A stretch of 64,000 nucleotides of DNA. It comes from an uncultured bacterium. GTDB lineage: Bacteria; Verrucomicrobiota; Verrucomicrobiia; Limisphaerales; UBA8199. The notes beneath the pieces are model-generated. The model was not told the DNA's origin and searched no databases. It worked only from the letters and a program-made list of their open reading frames with translations. This document shows positions 21,897 to 33,873 of the stretch, one piece after another. Every line of letters begins with the position of its first letter. Within the stretch, counting starts at the first letter, position 1. The position numbers were made by a program, and so were the translations under genes. The stretch lies in assembly GCA_963749495.1 (NCBI GenBank), contig CAVVMW010000001.1:512001-576000 (forward strand), in the 5' to 3' direction.

Positions 21897-21985
21897 GGCG
21901 AAGCCTGACTTCGCCGCATTGGCAAATCAAGAGGAGAATTCCGGGACTGTGGCGGAGCACGCTGGTGACGACGCGGCTCTAACCT

Positions 21986-22247
21986 CAACGCCTTTCGGAA
22001 ATTCCCGCACTCGCAGCAACAGGTTGTCCCGGAGGGACATTTGACAATAGCCCAAGGCTTCAGCCTTGGGTTGACGTGCCGCAAACGGTTCCGTCCCGAA
22101 GGGACGGCTGCGGGACTGGAGCGGCGAATTTCAACCGTCCCTCCGGGACGGGTGCTTCTTTTGCGCCTGGACCCAACGCTGAAGCGTTGGGCTATTCTCA
22201 TGATGTCCCTCCGGGGCAAAGCGCCGGCGCATTTCCGAAAGGCGTTG
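21986..22247. mobile_element. MITE with IS4-like ends carrying a REPIN core
   Basis: 17-bp perfect TIR CAACGCCTTTCGGAAAT; 10-bp flanking duplication GCTCT(A/G)ACCT; internal GTCCCGGAGGGAC / AATAGCCC palindromes. Confidence 0.8.
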
Positions 22248-22331
22248 GCTCTGACCTTGTTGCTGGTTGATCCTGCAACGAGGTTTCTGTACGGTGCCTC
22301 TGTGCGGCGCTCGATTGCTGAATGATGAAGC

Positions 22332-22682
22332 CTAATCCGACCGGCGCACGGTAACAAGAAAAAGGCCCGCTGCCGTGAGGACTGAAACCACCGCTATGGT
22401 CTTGGCGAGGGGCTTTCCGTGGAACATCGCTTTGGCCTCTTCCGTGAGCACGGCACTCTTGCCGCCGTACCATTCCAATTGCTGTAGTTGCTTGCGATCA
22501 TCGAGCGGCGAGAGAATGACATCCAGATCTCCAGCTTGGGGCGCCGCCTTTGCGCGCTCAATCCGGTCCTGAGCGCGCCAAATCAAGATACTGCTGCCCA
22601 GACCCGCCGCCAGAATAACCGCGGCGCACAATCGGAGCGCGTTTTCCAGCAGTGCGAGGGAGCGTAACCAGTTTGGAATCAT
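22332..22682 (-). CDS. Small two-TM hypothetical membrane protein
   Basis: Two hydrophobic helices around a YGGK motif; plausible codon usage. Confidence 0.6.
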   Translation of the reverse strand: MIPNWLRSLALLENALRLCAAVILAAGLGSSILIWRAQDRIERAKAAPQAGDLDVILSPLDDRKQLQQLEWYGGKSAVLTEEAKAMFHGKPLAKTIAVVSVLTAAGLFLVTVRRSD

Positions 22683-22926
22683 ACGGACCCGGCCGTCTTT
22701 CACTTCTCGAATGAACCCCCCTTGACCTCCTCGCGCAAGGCAAATCCGCCGCGGCCAGTGAGGCCTCGCTCGCAAGTCCGCTTTCAGCCCGAGGACGGGC
22801 GCACTCCGGGGGGCGGCGCCGGGATGCGCCTCGATGTTGAGGGCGCGCGACAGAGTTCAGATCACTCCAGCGCTCTCCCGCCCAATACACCGCGGCAGCG
22901 GTGTCTTTAGTTTTTTGCACAGACAT

Positions 22927-22962
22927 CATCATTAAAAATCATGATTAGAAATGATGTTGACA
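22927..22962 (+). promoter_or_regulatory. 30-bp dyad operator abutting a TTGACA -35 box
   Basis: CATCATT-aaa-AATCATGATT-aga-AATGATG followed by TTGACA in an AT-rich patch between divergent genes. Confidence 0.55.
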
Positions 22963-23007
22963 TGAGATGGAATAAGCGTAAGCCCGCCGGGACCTGTACT
23001 GACAGCT

Positions 23008-23397
23008 ATGAACAAAAAGGACCAATTTGTGGGCGAGATCGAGAGACGGTACGAGATCAGAAAGGGAGAGCCGTTCTCTTTCAATCCTGGCGGAATCAAT
23101 GCGGTGGACGTTGACCGTGAGAACCGCCTGACCGGCCGTGTGAACGGGGCCACCGTGAGCCGGAGCAGCCGCAGCGATCCCCTGGACTGCGCAGCCCTGT
23201 TTCACGCCGTGGCGGAAACCCTGGAAGAGATCGCCCTCGGGCACCCGGCCAGCCGCATCGCCGTTTCAGACAGCTCGACCGAGGGGGCGACCGGCGCCCT
23301 CATCACCAAGGCCGGCGCGGGCGGGAAGATTTTTCACATCAGTTGCCAGAGAATCTCCGAGCACCCGTTCCGGGACGCAATCATTCACATATCGTAA
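23008..23397 (+). CDS. Hypothetical protein
   Basis: ATG ORF downstream of an AT-rich promoter-like region; no recognised motif. Confidence 0.5.
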   Translation: MNKKDQFVGEIERRYEIRKGEPFSFNPGGINAVDVDRENRLTGRVNGATVSRSSRSDPLDCAALFHAVAETLEEIALGHPASRIAVSDSSTEGATGALITKAGAGGKIFHISCQRISEHPFRDAIIHIS

Positions 23398-23448
23398 CCG
23401 GAGGCTTTGCGCTTGCGCTTTGGGCCTGGCGGGTTCTCAATTTGCGGC

Positions 23449-25011
23449 ATGAAGCGGAAGCACCTCCCTGCGCTGGTCGTCCTGGCCTCCACCTTCGCCC
23501 TGCGCCTGGCTGCGGCCCAGACTGAGGCCCCGGCGCCGGCGGCCAACACGCTGCTCATCCACGCCAGCCAGGCCGGCGCCGTCATCAGCCGCAACCTCTA
23601 CGGCCAGTTCTCCGAGCACCTGGGCCGGTGCATCTACGAGGGCCTCTGGGTGGGCGATGCCAGCTCGATCCCCAACACCCGCGGCATCCGCAACGACGTC
23701 GCCGCCGCCCTCAAGCAGATCCGCGTCCCGGTCCTGCGCTGGCCCGGCGGCTGTTTCGCCGATGAATACCATTGGAAAGACGGCATCGGGCCCCGCCCCG
23801 AGCGCCCCACCATGGTCAACACCCACTGGGGCAAGGTGACCGAAAACAACCACTTCGGCACCCACGAGTTTCTCGACCTGTGCGAGCAACTGGGCTGCGA
23901 GCCTTACATCTGCGGCAACGTCGGCAGCGGCACCGTCCAGGAACTCCAACAGTGGGTCGAATACATCACCTTCGACGGCGTCAGCCCCATGGCGGACTGG
24001 CGCCGGAAAAACGGCCGCGACCAGCCCTGGAAACTCCGCTACCTCGGCATCGGCAACGAAAACTGGGGCTGCGGCGGCGACATGACCGCCGAATTCTACG
24101 CCGGCCAGTTCAAACGCTACGCCACCTACGTTCGCAATTTCGGCACCAACCGGGTCTTCAAGATCGCCTGCGGGCCCAACGGGGCCGATTATCACTGGAC
24201 CGAGGTCCTGATGAAGGAAGTCGGCCGGCGCATGAACGGGCTGGCCCTGCACTACTATTGCGGCTCCGGCCGCGCCAGCCGCTCCGCCACACGCTTTGAC
24301 GAAGACGACTGGTTCGCCCAGTTGCGCAGGGCCTTGCGGATGGAAGAACTGGTCTCCCGCCACTCCGAAATCATGGACCGTTACGACCCCGACCGCCAGG
24401 TTGCCCTGGTCGTCGATGAATGGGGTGCCTGGCACGCCGTCGAGCCCGGCACCAACCCCGGCTTCCTTTACCAGCAAAACTCCCTGCGCGACGCCCTCGT
24501 CGCCGGCATCACCCTCAACATCTTCAACAACCACGCCGACCGCGTCAAAATGGCCAACATCGCCCAGATGATCAACGTCCTCCAGGCCATGATCCTCACC
24601 GACAACGACAAGCTCCTGCTGACCCCCACCTATCACGTCTTCGAGATGTACACCGTCCATCACGACGCCCGGCTGCTCCCCTCCGAACTGCGCTGCGCCG
24701 ATTACCAGCAGGGCCCCGACAAAATCCCCGCCCTCAGCGCCTCGGCCTCCCGCGACAGCCAAGGCCGCCTCCACGTCTCTCTGTGCAACCTCGACCCGAA
24801 CCAGCCCGCCCAACTCGCCTGCCAACTCGACGGCGCCAAGGCCCAAAAACTCTCCGGCCGCCTCCTGACCGCACCCGCCATCACTGCCCACAACACCTTC
24901 GGCCAACTGGACAACGTCAAGCCCGCCCCATTCACCGCCTGCGCGGCCACCGACACCGGCTTCACTGCCACCCTCCCCCCGCGCTCGGTCGTGGTCCTGG
25001 AAATCGAGTGA
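23449..25011 (+). CDS. Alpha-L-arabinofuranosidase, GH51
   Basis: [24 protein letters not shown] (acid/base), DEWG.W (nucleophile), ANIAQ..NVLQ. Confidence 0.95.
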   Translation: MKRKHLPALVVLASTFALRLAAAQTEAPAPAANTLLIHASQAGAVISRNLYGQFSEHLGRCIYEGLWVGDASSIPNTRGIRNDVAAALKQIRVPVLRWPGGCFADEYHWKDGIGPRPERPTMVNTHWGKVTENNHFGTHEFLDLCEQLGCEPYICGNVGSGTVQELQQWVEYITFDGVSPMADWRRKNGRDQPWKLRYLGIGNENWGCGGDMTAEFYAGQFKRYATYVRNFGTNRVFKIACGPNGADYHWTEVLMKEVGRRMNGLALHYYCGSGRASRSATRFDEDDWFAQLRRALRMEELVSRHSEIMDRYDPDRQVALVVDEWGAWHAVEPGTNPGFLYQQNSLRDALVAGITLNIFNNHADRVKMANIAQMINVLQAMILTDNDKLLLTPTYHVFEMYTVHHDARLLPSELRCADYQQGPDKIPALSASASRDSQGRLHVSLCNLDPNQPAQLACQLDGAKAQKLSGRLLTAPAITAHNTFGQLDNVKPAPFTACAATDTGFTATLPPRSVVVLEIE

Positions 25012-25040
25012 GCGGGCAAGGGCCTCTAAACTTCGTCCGG

Positions 25041-25122
25041 ACCTTTGTCGCAGCCTTTGTCGCAGCCTTTGTCGAATTGGCCGATCTTCGACAAAGGTGC
25101 CGACAAAGGCTGCGACGAAGGT
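25041..25122. repeat. 12-mer tandem/inverted element between convergent genes
   Basis: CCTTTGTCGCAG x3, inverted x3. Confidence 0.85.
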
Positions 25123-25147
25123 TCCGACTGCGGTTTCTGAGCCTCCT

Positions 25148-26329
25148 TCAAAGGGCGGCCTGGAGGATGGCGGCCAGTTCGTCGGGGGCGAGTTGGATGG
25201 GGTTGGCTTTCATGCTGCTGGCCTTGAGGGCCTTGTCGGCCAGGTCCGGGAGGTGCTGGGCGGCCAGGCCATGGGCAGCGAGGCCGGGGATGCGCAGCTC
25301 GGCCACGAGGCGGCGGACCCAGCCGACGGCTTGGCCGGCCGTGGCGGCGGGGGAGCCGGTGAGGAGGCGGGCCAGGTGGTCGTAGCGGGCGAGGGCGGGG
25401 CTGGCGGGCTGGCGTTGGCGCAAGGCGCGGAGGTTGGCCTCGATGACGTGCGGGAGCAGGGCGGCGCAGACGGCGCCGTGCGGGGCGGGGAACATGCCGC
25501 CGATGGGTCCGGCCAAGCCGTGTACCGCGCCAAGGCCGGCGTTGGCCAGGGCGAGCCCGCCGAAGAGCGCGGCCAAGGACATGTCCTCGCGGGCGGCGGC
25601 GTTGCGGCCGTCCTGGAAGGCGGCGCGCAGCGAGCGGGCGGCGCGTTGGAGGCCCTCGACACATAGGGCGTCGGTCACCGGGTTGGCGCGGGAGCAGATG
25701 AAAGGCTCGATGAGCTGGGTCAGGGCGTCCAGGCCGGTGCTGGCAGTGACGGCCGGGGGCAGGGTCCAGGTCAATTCGGGGTCAACCAGGGCGATACGCG
25801 GCAGCATGCCCAGGCCGCGGAGGCTGACCTTGACCCGATGCTCGGGGCAGCCGAGCACGGCGTTGCGCGTGACTTCCGAGCCGGTGCCTGACGTGGTCGG
25901 GATGGCGAGTAGCGGGAACGAGGGCCGGGCCAGGGCCTTGCCGCGGCCAACAACCTCCAGGTAATCGAGCAACTCGCCCGGGTTGGCGAGCAGGGCGGCG
26001 ATGGCTTTGCCCGCATCGATCGCGCTGCCGCCCCCAAAGGCGGCCACCCACTGGCAATCCGCCCGCCGAGCCAGGGCCAGGCCCTGCTGGACGGTCGCGA
26101 CCTCGGGCTCCCCGGCGACGGAGAATGGGAGAGGCTCGACGCCATTGCGGCGGAGGTCCTCCAACAGTGGTTCGGCCCGGCGCGGGTCGCGGCCGGTCAC
26201 GACCAAGGCGCGCCGGCCCCAGTCCATGGCCAGGGAGCCGGCTTGGCGCACTGCGCCTGGCCCGAAGATGATGCGGGCGGCCGTGGCGAATTCGAAGGAG
26301 GGCAAGGGGTGAATGAGGAATGGAGCCAA
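25148..26329 (-). CDS. Iron-containing alcohol dehydrogenase (start uncertain, abuts heptamer repeats)
   Basis: GGGSAIDAGK, PTTSGTGSEVT, DALTQLIE, HGLA, HG..CA. Confidence 0.92.
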   Translation of the reverse strand: MAPFLIHPLPSFEFATAARIIFGPGAVRQAGSLAMDWGRRALVVTGRDPRRAEPLLEDLRRNGVEPLPFSVAGEPEVATVQQGLALARRADCQWVAAFGGGSAIDAGKAIAALLANPGELLDYLEVVGRGKALARPSFPLLAIPTTSGTGSEVTRNAVLGCPEHRVKVSLRGLGMLPRIALVDPELTWTLPPAVTASTGLDALTQLIEPFICSRANPVTDALCVEGLQRAARSLRAAFQDGRNAAAREDMSLAALFGGLALANAGLGAVHGLAGPIGGMFPAPHGAVCAALLPHVIEANLRALRQRQPASPALARYDHLARLLTGSPAATAGQAVGWVRRLVAELRIPGLAAHGLAAQHLPDLADKALKASSMKANPIQLAPDELAAILQAAL

Positions 26330-26330
26330 T

Positions 26331-26559
26331 GCGGAGTGCGGAGTGCGGAGTGCGGAGTGTTCCGGTGGGAGTGTTGGGTCTGGATTGCGGTGTGGGGAAT
26401 GACGAATGACGAATGACCAAGGCTACCGGTTCAGCTCGTCAGGATGGCGGTTCCGGTTTCCTTTCACGTTTCACGTTTCGCGTTTCACGTTTCACGTTTC
26501 GCGTTTCACGTTTCACGTTTCGCGTTTCACGTTTCACGTTTCACGTTTCACGTTTCACC
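26331..26559. repeat. Three heptamer arrays: (GCGGAGT)4, (GAATGAC)3, (TTTCRCG)14
   Basis: Read directly from sequence. Confidence 0.95.
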
Positions 26560-26871
26560 CTACCAGTTCTGGTCGTCCGGGTAGAGGTTCTGGTATTTCA
26601 CGCTGGAGCGCGGCTCGGCCATCATGGGGGCCACGGCATCGCGCCAGGCCAGGTAGTGTTTGGTCTCTTTATGGGCGGCGGGGGCTTGCGCATCGCGGTA
26701 GGCCTCCACGAGCACGAACCGGGTCGGGTCATCCTGCTCTTGCACGACGTCGAACCCCGCGATGCCGGGCTCCTGGACGCTGGAGCGGGCGTTCTCCAGG
26801 GTCACCCGTTTGAAGGCCTCGAGGGACTCGGGTTTCACATGGATATGAACATGAACGACCAGCATAGGCAT
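26560..26871 (-). CDS. Antibiotic-biosynthesis-monooxygenase (LsrG-like) protein
   Basis: EPG...FDV, F.LVE.Y, AHK.T.HY..W. Confidence 0.88.
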   Translation of the reverse strand: MPMLVVHVHIHVKPESLEAFKRVTLENARSSVQEPGIAGFDVVQEQDDPTRFVLVEAYRDAQAPAAHKETKHYLAWRDAVAPMMAEPRSSVKYQNLYPDDQNW

Positions 26872-26876
26872 TCCTT

Positions 26877-28288
<1,412 letters not shown>

Positions 28289-28359
28289 GCGTCTGCCCTA
28301 CATCGATTGGGGGTAGGAAGGCAAGAAGAATTGGAATACGAAATGCGAACCACGAAAAG

Positions 28360-28910
28360 GACCTGAACGGGGAGCAATTCGATGCGGTGCTGACCGACCC
28401 GCTGTATTTCGGGAACGTTCAGTTCGCGCAGTTAATGGATTTTTGCTACGTATGGCTGCGCCGCCTCGTTGAACGTTCCGAGCCCGCTTTCGCCCGGCCC
28501 TGGACCCGGAATGCGAACGAATTGACGGGCAATGTCAGCATGGGGCGGGGGTTGGACCATTTCACCGAGGGCCTCTCCGAGGTGTTTCAGAAGATGGCCC
28601 AGGTGCTCAAGCCAGGGGCGCCGCTGGCATTCACCTACCACCACAATCATTTGGAGGCCTACCTCCGGGTGGCGGTGGCAATCCTCGATTCGGGTCTTAC
28701 CTGCTCGGCCACTGTTCCGTGTCCGGCTGAAATGGGGGCGTCCATCCACATCAACGGCACCGGATCGTCTATTGTCGACACCCTGTTCGTTTGCCGCTCG
28801 ACTGGCCGGTTCCCACGCCGATGGCTCACCGAGGATCCCCATGCGCTGGCCCTGCTGGTGGATGAGGAGCTCCACAAACTCCGGGAAGCCGGGCTTCAGC
28901 CCCAAGGGCG
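28360..28910 (+). pseudogene. C-terminal fragment of an adenine-specific (DUF1156-like) DNA methyltransferase
   Basis: DAVLTDPLYFGNVQFAQLMDFCYVWLR (degenerate DPPY), LKPGAPLAFTYHH; no N-terminal part or start. Confidence 0.6.
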
Positions 28911-29226
28911 ACGTCTTCCCGCCCGGCACGCGGGCGCGGCAGGAGGGCAAGGCCAAGCGCGCCTTTTTCGGAAAACCGGAGACGTGACCGGGGCTTTGTT
29001 CCGCCTCCACAGGGGGCAGAGAATTGAGCGCCAACAAATCCCCACTTCTCGGCTTGCCGAGAAGCGTCATCGGGTCCACTCTGGGCGCAAGAGAACAGCT
29101 ATGAAGATCACAGCAGGGGAGAACCCAACCGCTTCCGGCGGGATCGGTCTCGGCAGGAACGGACCCACGGTGTATCATATATTGACTCGGCGCCTTGTTA
29201 CGAGGGCGAGCGAACGCCGGGGCAAG

Positions 29227-30120
29227 ATGATCGCCTTCGGCTACTATGGGGGGAAGTTCTCGCATCTGGACTTCATTTTGCCGTTGCTGCCCACGCACTT
29301 GGCCCACTACTGCGAGCCTTTTGGCGGTTCCGCCGCAATCCTGATCAACCGGCCGCCAGCCGCGGTTGAAACCTACAACGACCTGGATTCGGAAGTGGTG
29401 AATTTCTTCGAGTGCCTGCGCGACGAAGGTAAAGAAGTGCTGCGGTTGATCAGCTTGACCCCCTTTTCCCGCGCTGAACTGCTCAAAGCCCTGTCCCCCA
29501 CTAACGGAGTCTCCAAGCTCGAACGCGCGCGCCGCTTCTTCGTACGTGCCCGGCAGACGCGCACCGGGCTGGCGCAGACCAGTTCCGAAGGTCGTTGGGC
29601 GCACTGTGTGCTGACCTCTCGGGCTGAAATGGCCGGCGCCGTGTCTCGATGGCTCGGCAGCGTGGAGGGGCTGCCGGAGATCGTCCAGAGACTGCAGCGT
29701 GTCCAGATCGAAAACGCCCCCGCAAGCGAAGTCATTCTGCGCTACGACTCGCCTGAAACCCTGTTCTATTGCGACCCGCCCTATCCGCACGAAGCCAGAG
29801 GCGACGCCAAGGCCTACGGATACGAAATGACCGATCGCCAACACGAGGAATTGGCCAAGGTGCTGCACGCCGTCAAAGGAGCGGCAGCCCTGTCCGGCTA
29901 CCGCTGTTCACTTATGGAGCGGCTTTATGGCGATTGGCGCCGGGTTGATGCTGACAGCCGTCTCTGCAATTCCTCCAAAGGCGAGCGCACCGAGTCGCTC
30001 TGGACGAACTACGACCTCTGCAAGCTTCCGACGCCGGGCCGCGTGGATCAGGCTGGCAACCGCTACCTCCTGGACCGCCCGACCCCAAGGCGCACCGCAC
30101 CGCATGCCAGCAAAAAGTAG
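29227..30120 (+). CDS. Dam/D12-class N6-adenine DNA methyltransferase (start may be 29101)
   Basis: YYGGK, EPFGGSAA, YNDLD, FYCDPPY. Confidence 0.9.
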   Translation: MIAFGYYGGKFSHLDFILPLLPTHLAHYCEPFGGSAAILINRPPAAVETYNDLDSEVVNFFECLRDEGKEVLRLISLTPFSRAELLKALSPTNGVSKLERARRFFVRARQTRTGLAQTSSEGRWAHCVLTSRAEMAGAVSRWLGSVEGLPEIVQRLQRVQIENAPASEVILRYDSPETLFYCDPPYPHEARGDAKAYGYEMTDRQHEELAKVLHAVKGAAALSGYRCSLMERLYGDWRRVDADSRLCNSSKGERTESLWTNYDLCKLPTPGRVDQAGNRYLLDRPTPRRTAPHASKK

Positions 30121-31231
30121 CCGCAAGGCCACCCTCGATTTCAAAGAGGCGGCGCGCCTGCTCCAGACACTTTGGGAAGAGATCTCGGCCCAAGGAGCCG
30201 CAAATCCCGATCTGGCCTATTTGTCCGACGAGAACTTACGCGCGAACATACGGAAATCCATCCACCATAAGTGGGTCTCTTATCGTTTCTGTCTTCCAAT
30301 CCAGTTGTTGGGCAAAGTGATGAAACCCGCCCTCGATTGCCTGAGGCTGCAGAAACGCAAAGGTGATGCGCAGGACCTCAGCGGTTGGGATGCGCGCAGC
30401 CTGGGCAGCAATGTTGTGGCGCCGTTTAATCAGAGTCAAGAGAACATCCTCGGCACATCACTCGATCCTTACGTCGGAAACCCGATGCGGATTCCCAAGA
30501 TGCTTCGTGATGACCCGACCAAGAAGGACGTCGCTGGTTGGAACGCGCTGGTCGGCGTTCTTGAACAGGTCGAATCGCGCAACGATCCGGCGTTTACCGA
30601 CTCGGTATTTCGCCAAGTGCTTTTGGAGATGCTGAGGAGGCAGCAGGCCTTGCGTTTCAGTTATCCCGTCCCGCCCCGCGTGAGCCTGCAGCAAACTCTG
30701 GCCATGTCTTCGGCTTTCCTGGAGGAGAAATCGGGCGGCGATCGGATGTTGGCCCTGGCTGGCGCGCTTTTCGACACCATCGGAGCCCACTTCGGCCTTT
30801 TCGCGCAGGTCAACCGTGCCCGTATTAACGCGACGGATGAGGCCACGGGCCAAGCGGCGGATCTTGAATGTCTCAGCCCGGAAGGCAAGCTCGTCATGGC
30901 GGTCGAGGTCAAAGATCGCGTGCTGACACTCGCCGATGTGGAGGGTACGCTACAAAAGTCCAGGCACAGGCAAATCACCGAGATCCTGTTTACGGCGCCC
31001 GGCATCCGGGAAGCGGAAGAGTCATCGGTGGAGGAACGAGTTTCCAGGGCCTTTACTTCCGGCCAGAACCTCTACGTGTTCGATTTCCTTGAACTAGCCC
31101 GTAGCGTACTGGCGATCGGAGGTGAGGCCATCCGAAAGACCTACCTCAGAAAGGTCGGCGAACATCTCGACACCTGGAACACTCAACCAGCCCACCGGCA
31201 AGCGTGGCAGAAACTGCTCCTGAAGCTGTAG
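30104..31231 (+). CDS. Restriction endonuclease, SacI-family-like
   Basis: DARSL...VVAPF, DPYVGNP.R, AD-x12-AVEVKD PD-(D/E)xK core; overlaps MTase 3' end. Confidence 0.75.
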   Translation: MPAKSSRKATLDFKEAARLLQTLWEEISAQGAANPDLAYLSDENLRANIRKSIHHKWVSYRFCLPIQLLGKVMKPALDCLRLQKRKGDAQDLSGWDARSLGSNVVAPFNQSQENILGTSLDPYVGNPMRIPKMLRDDPTKKDVAGWNALVGVLEQVESRNDPAFTDSVFRQVLLEMLRRQQALRFSYPVPPRVSLQQTLAMSSAFLEEKSGGDRMLALAGALFDTIGAHFGLFAQVNRARINATDEATGQAADLECLSPEGKLVMAVEVKDRVLTLADVEGTLQKSRHRQITEILFTAPGIREAEESSVEERVSRAFTSGQNLYVFDFLELARSVLAIGGEAIRKTYLRKVGEHLDTWNTQPAHRQAWQKLLLKL

Positions 31232-31701
31232 CTTGGCTCATCTGCTCATGACATCACGAACAGACCTGCTTTCGGGCAACGAGGCGATAGCGCGCGGGAA
31301 GGTTTTCACGCTGAAGACGCTAAATCGCCTCGTTGCCTGCTCCACCTTGAGAGAATTCGAGACCAAGGCACCTGCCAAGAACGACATGCTGCGCGCTGGA
31401 AGAAGCCCGGCCGGTTGAACCTGGAAACGCTGGTTAAGGAAGTTGGCCAGAGCCCATGGGCCTGATTCTGTTCGGGGTATGCCGCCTCAAATAGCTCCCA
31501 TCAGGGCTCACCCTTGGGGTGAGCGCGCCGGTGCACCAGGGCCGAAGGCCCGCAATGTGAGAGCCTGGGCTGGAGCGAGTCCGAGGAGCGGAGGCCCAGG
31601 TCAACCACCGTCGCGAACGTCCCCAGCCCTGCAAGAATTCCCGGAACGAATTCGCGCTTTGCGCCCCTGAACCTCGACACTGCGTCCCCGTCCCGCGTAG
31701 C

Positions 31702-31786
31702 GTTTTGGACTGCGGCAGTCCTCTGCCGCTTTTGTGTCCCCTCGCTGCCGGCGCGAAAGCGGCAGAGGACTGCCGCAGTCCAAAAC
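31702..31786. repeat. REP doublet GTTTTGGACTGCGGCAGTCCTCTGCCGCT (inverted pair)
   Basis: Same family at 39894-39979, 43822-43902, 52378-52408 (half), 60711-60790. Confidence 0.9.
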
Positions 31787-31921
31787 CTTCGGACTTGGTG
31801 TCGGTTCATGGGGAGCCTCCTTTCGCTTTTGCGCATGCATTGGGACCATGAACCCAAAACGCGTAAGTGGTTGGAAATCAACGGATGCGTTTTTCGGTTC
31901 ATGGAGAGGGCGTCACCCCTC

Positions 31922-31972
31922 ATGTCCCGATCTCTGGCCAACATCGTTGTTCACCTCGTCTTCAGCACCAAA
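31922..31972 (+). pseudogene. 17-codon stub of an IS200/RAYT-like transposase
   Basis: MSRSLANIVVHLVFSTK matches the N-terminus MSQSLAKILIHTVFSTK of the tnpA at 15491. Confidence 0.75.
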
Positions 31973-32004
31973 AGCCCTCTTCCGCCCCTGCAGGGGAATG
32001 GCGC

Positions 32005-33470
32005 TTACATAAGACCGAGCTTGCGCAAACGGGCCCTGGTGCGGCGCGTGTGACGTTTGAGATGATCGCGGAACCTGCGGCGGGGTGCGTTGAGCCGCGG
32101 GTATTTGTTTTTCTTGCGTTTGACGGCGCGCGGCTCGCGTCGGTTTGGCCGCTCGGGGACCAAATCGGCGGCTAGCGTTTCGAGCAGATCGGACCACAGT
32201 TGGCGGCGTTTCTTTTTGGAGCGGGCTTGGGCCATGGCCTGGGTAAAGTGCCGGATTGCGTCCAGCGAGCCTTTGAAGCTGATGCGCTCCAGGGGCACCT
32301 CATGTTCGGTGGCGGCCTGAGCCATGGTGCCACGGATGAGATTGTGGGCGATGAGGCGCGTGTAGGCCTCTTTGCGAACCATGTTCGGGCTGCGCCCGCG
32401 GAGGGTCTCCATTTCCAGAGTGGTTTTCAGGTCATCCAGGCACATCTCCAGGCGCCACCGCCGCAAGTAAGCGCGGAGGATCTGTTCGGCGGGGTAGAGT
32501 TCTGGGTCCAAGAGCGTGGTCACCAGTTTGACCTGGCGTACGCGGAAGCCTTTCTGATAGCAACTGCCCTTGACCACGCGCACCGTCAACTGGCTGGGCA
32601 AGCCAATCCATTGGAGCAGCGTCAGCCAGGGAGCCCGGCGCTGGGGTTTTCCCCACACGAAGAGCCAGTCGTTTCTGCCCAAGCGGCGGAGGCGCCTTCG
32701 CCCATCGAGCCGGCGCGTGGACCGCCCGATGAAGTCCACGTTCAGAAGGTGCTTGAGCCAGGCGAGGACCGCGTAAAAACCGAAGCCGCGGTCTGCCACC
32801 AGGATATCCCCGGCCACCAATTGGCTGCTGAGCAGCGTCAACAACGACAGTTCGGAGAGCGCCAAGCTGCCTTGGGCCATGGCCAGGATCGCGCCGCTGA
32901 GCATGGAAAAGAGCACGACGATGCGCATCTTGGGGAAGCTGGGTTTGTCGGCGCACTGCAGAGGGGGATACGCCCTTCGGTTTTTGCGCGTGTCGGCCAG
33001 CGTGAGGGCCGAGCCGTCGGCGGCCTTGAGGGGCCGGCCTTGGAGTTGAGTCAGGGCCGGGACTTGCTTGTCGGCGGCCCGGGCGGTGGCGGCCAAAACC
33101 TTGGGGAATTGCCTGAGCGGCAGGCGGGCCTTGGCGCGGCAGTAGGCGCCGTCCTCGGGGGAGATCTGGGGGCCGTCTTCCAAGAGGAAGAGGGCCTGGA
33201 GTTGGCGCACGACCTCGCGCCCGGAGGCGTCGGGGTTGAGGGCTTGCCAGACCATGCACCAGAAGGTGCGCCAGCGGGTGTAGTCGCGGTCGCGGCAGTT
33301 TTTGTGGGCGGAGGCCTTGGCCTTGGGAAAGCACTCCTGGGTACCGAGGAGGAGAAGCACTTTTCCAGTTGGCAGAGGGTATAGGCGCGGACCTGGCGGC
33401 AGGCGTGGGCGGTGCGGGAACCCAAGCGGGCCAGGCGAGAGCGCCAGGGTGGGAAAAAGGGCGTGTGCAT
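32005..33470 (-). CDS. IS4-family DDE transposase (frameshift near 33340)
   Basis: ADGS, ADRGF, Y..RW.LE....LK (YREK signature), R.EPRAVKR; stop lies in left TIR. Confidence 0.9.
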
Positions 33471-33490
33471 GTCCAGTATATATACTGGAC
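33471..33490. promoter_or_regulatory. Perfect 20-bp palindrome between the divergent IS genes (putative operator)
   Basis: GTCCAGTATA|TATACTGGAC directly upstream of the transposase ATG. Confidence 0.65.
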
Positions 33491-33522
33491 TATGCTTGAC
33501 CGGCAAGCTAAAATTGAGGCCG

Positions 33523-33873
33523 ATGAACAAAAATCTGTATGAGGGCACCGCCTCCTGGGACCGGCAATACGAGCAATTGCAACGCCGTTTGAGCCAAATA
33601 GGCTACCTCAGCCAGGGCTCGGTGCAGGACCGCACGCGGCGCTCGGGCGGAGGTACCGGTTACCAGTGGACGCGCAAAGTCGCGCAGAAGACGATCACCG
33701 TCTCACTAACCCAGGAGGAGTTCGAGCAGATGCGCCAAGCGGTTAACCACTACCGACAGGTGCGGGGGCTGTTGCGTGACATGGAGCGGCTGTCCCGCAA
33801 GATTATCTTCCAGAGGGCACCTCATCCCCATCAACGCAAGCGCCTAAGCGCCAAAGTTTTAGGCACTAAGTAA
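33523..33873 (+). CDS. Small basic IS passenger protein, DUF6788-like (no Cys cluster)
   Basis: GY...GSV...YQWTRKV..KT.TVSL pattern; stop lies in right TIR. Confidence 0.65.
   Translation: MNKNLYEGTASWDRQYEQLQRRLSQIGYLSQGSVQDRTRRSGGGTGYQWTRKVAQKTITVSLTQEEFEQMRQAVNHYRQVRGLLRDMERLSRKIIFQRAPHPHQRKRLSAKVLGTK

Noticed and set aside
28387..30120. 577-aa ORF as a genuine double methyltransferase fusion
   Set aside because: The first part is a headless fragment with a degenerate DPLY motif, joined by non-conserved-looking sequence; more likely chance read-through into the Dam-class gene.
31233..31418. Indolepyruvate oxidoreductase alpha subunit (LLSGNEAIARG)
   Set aside because: Only an ~11-residue resemblance followed by unrelated sequence; debris at best.
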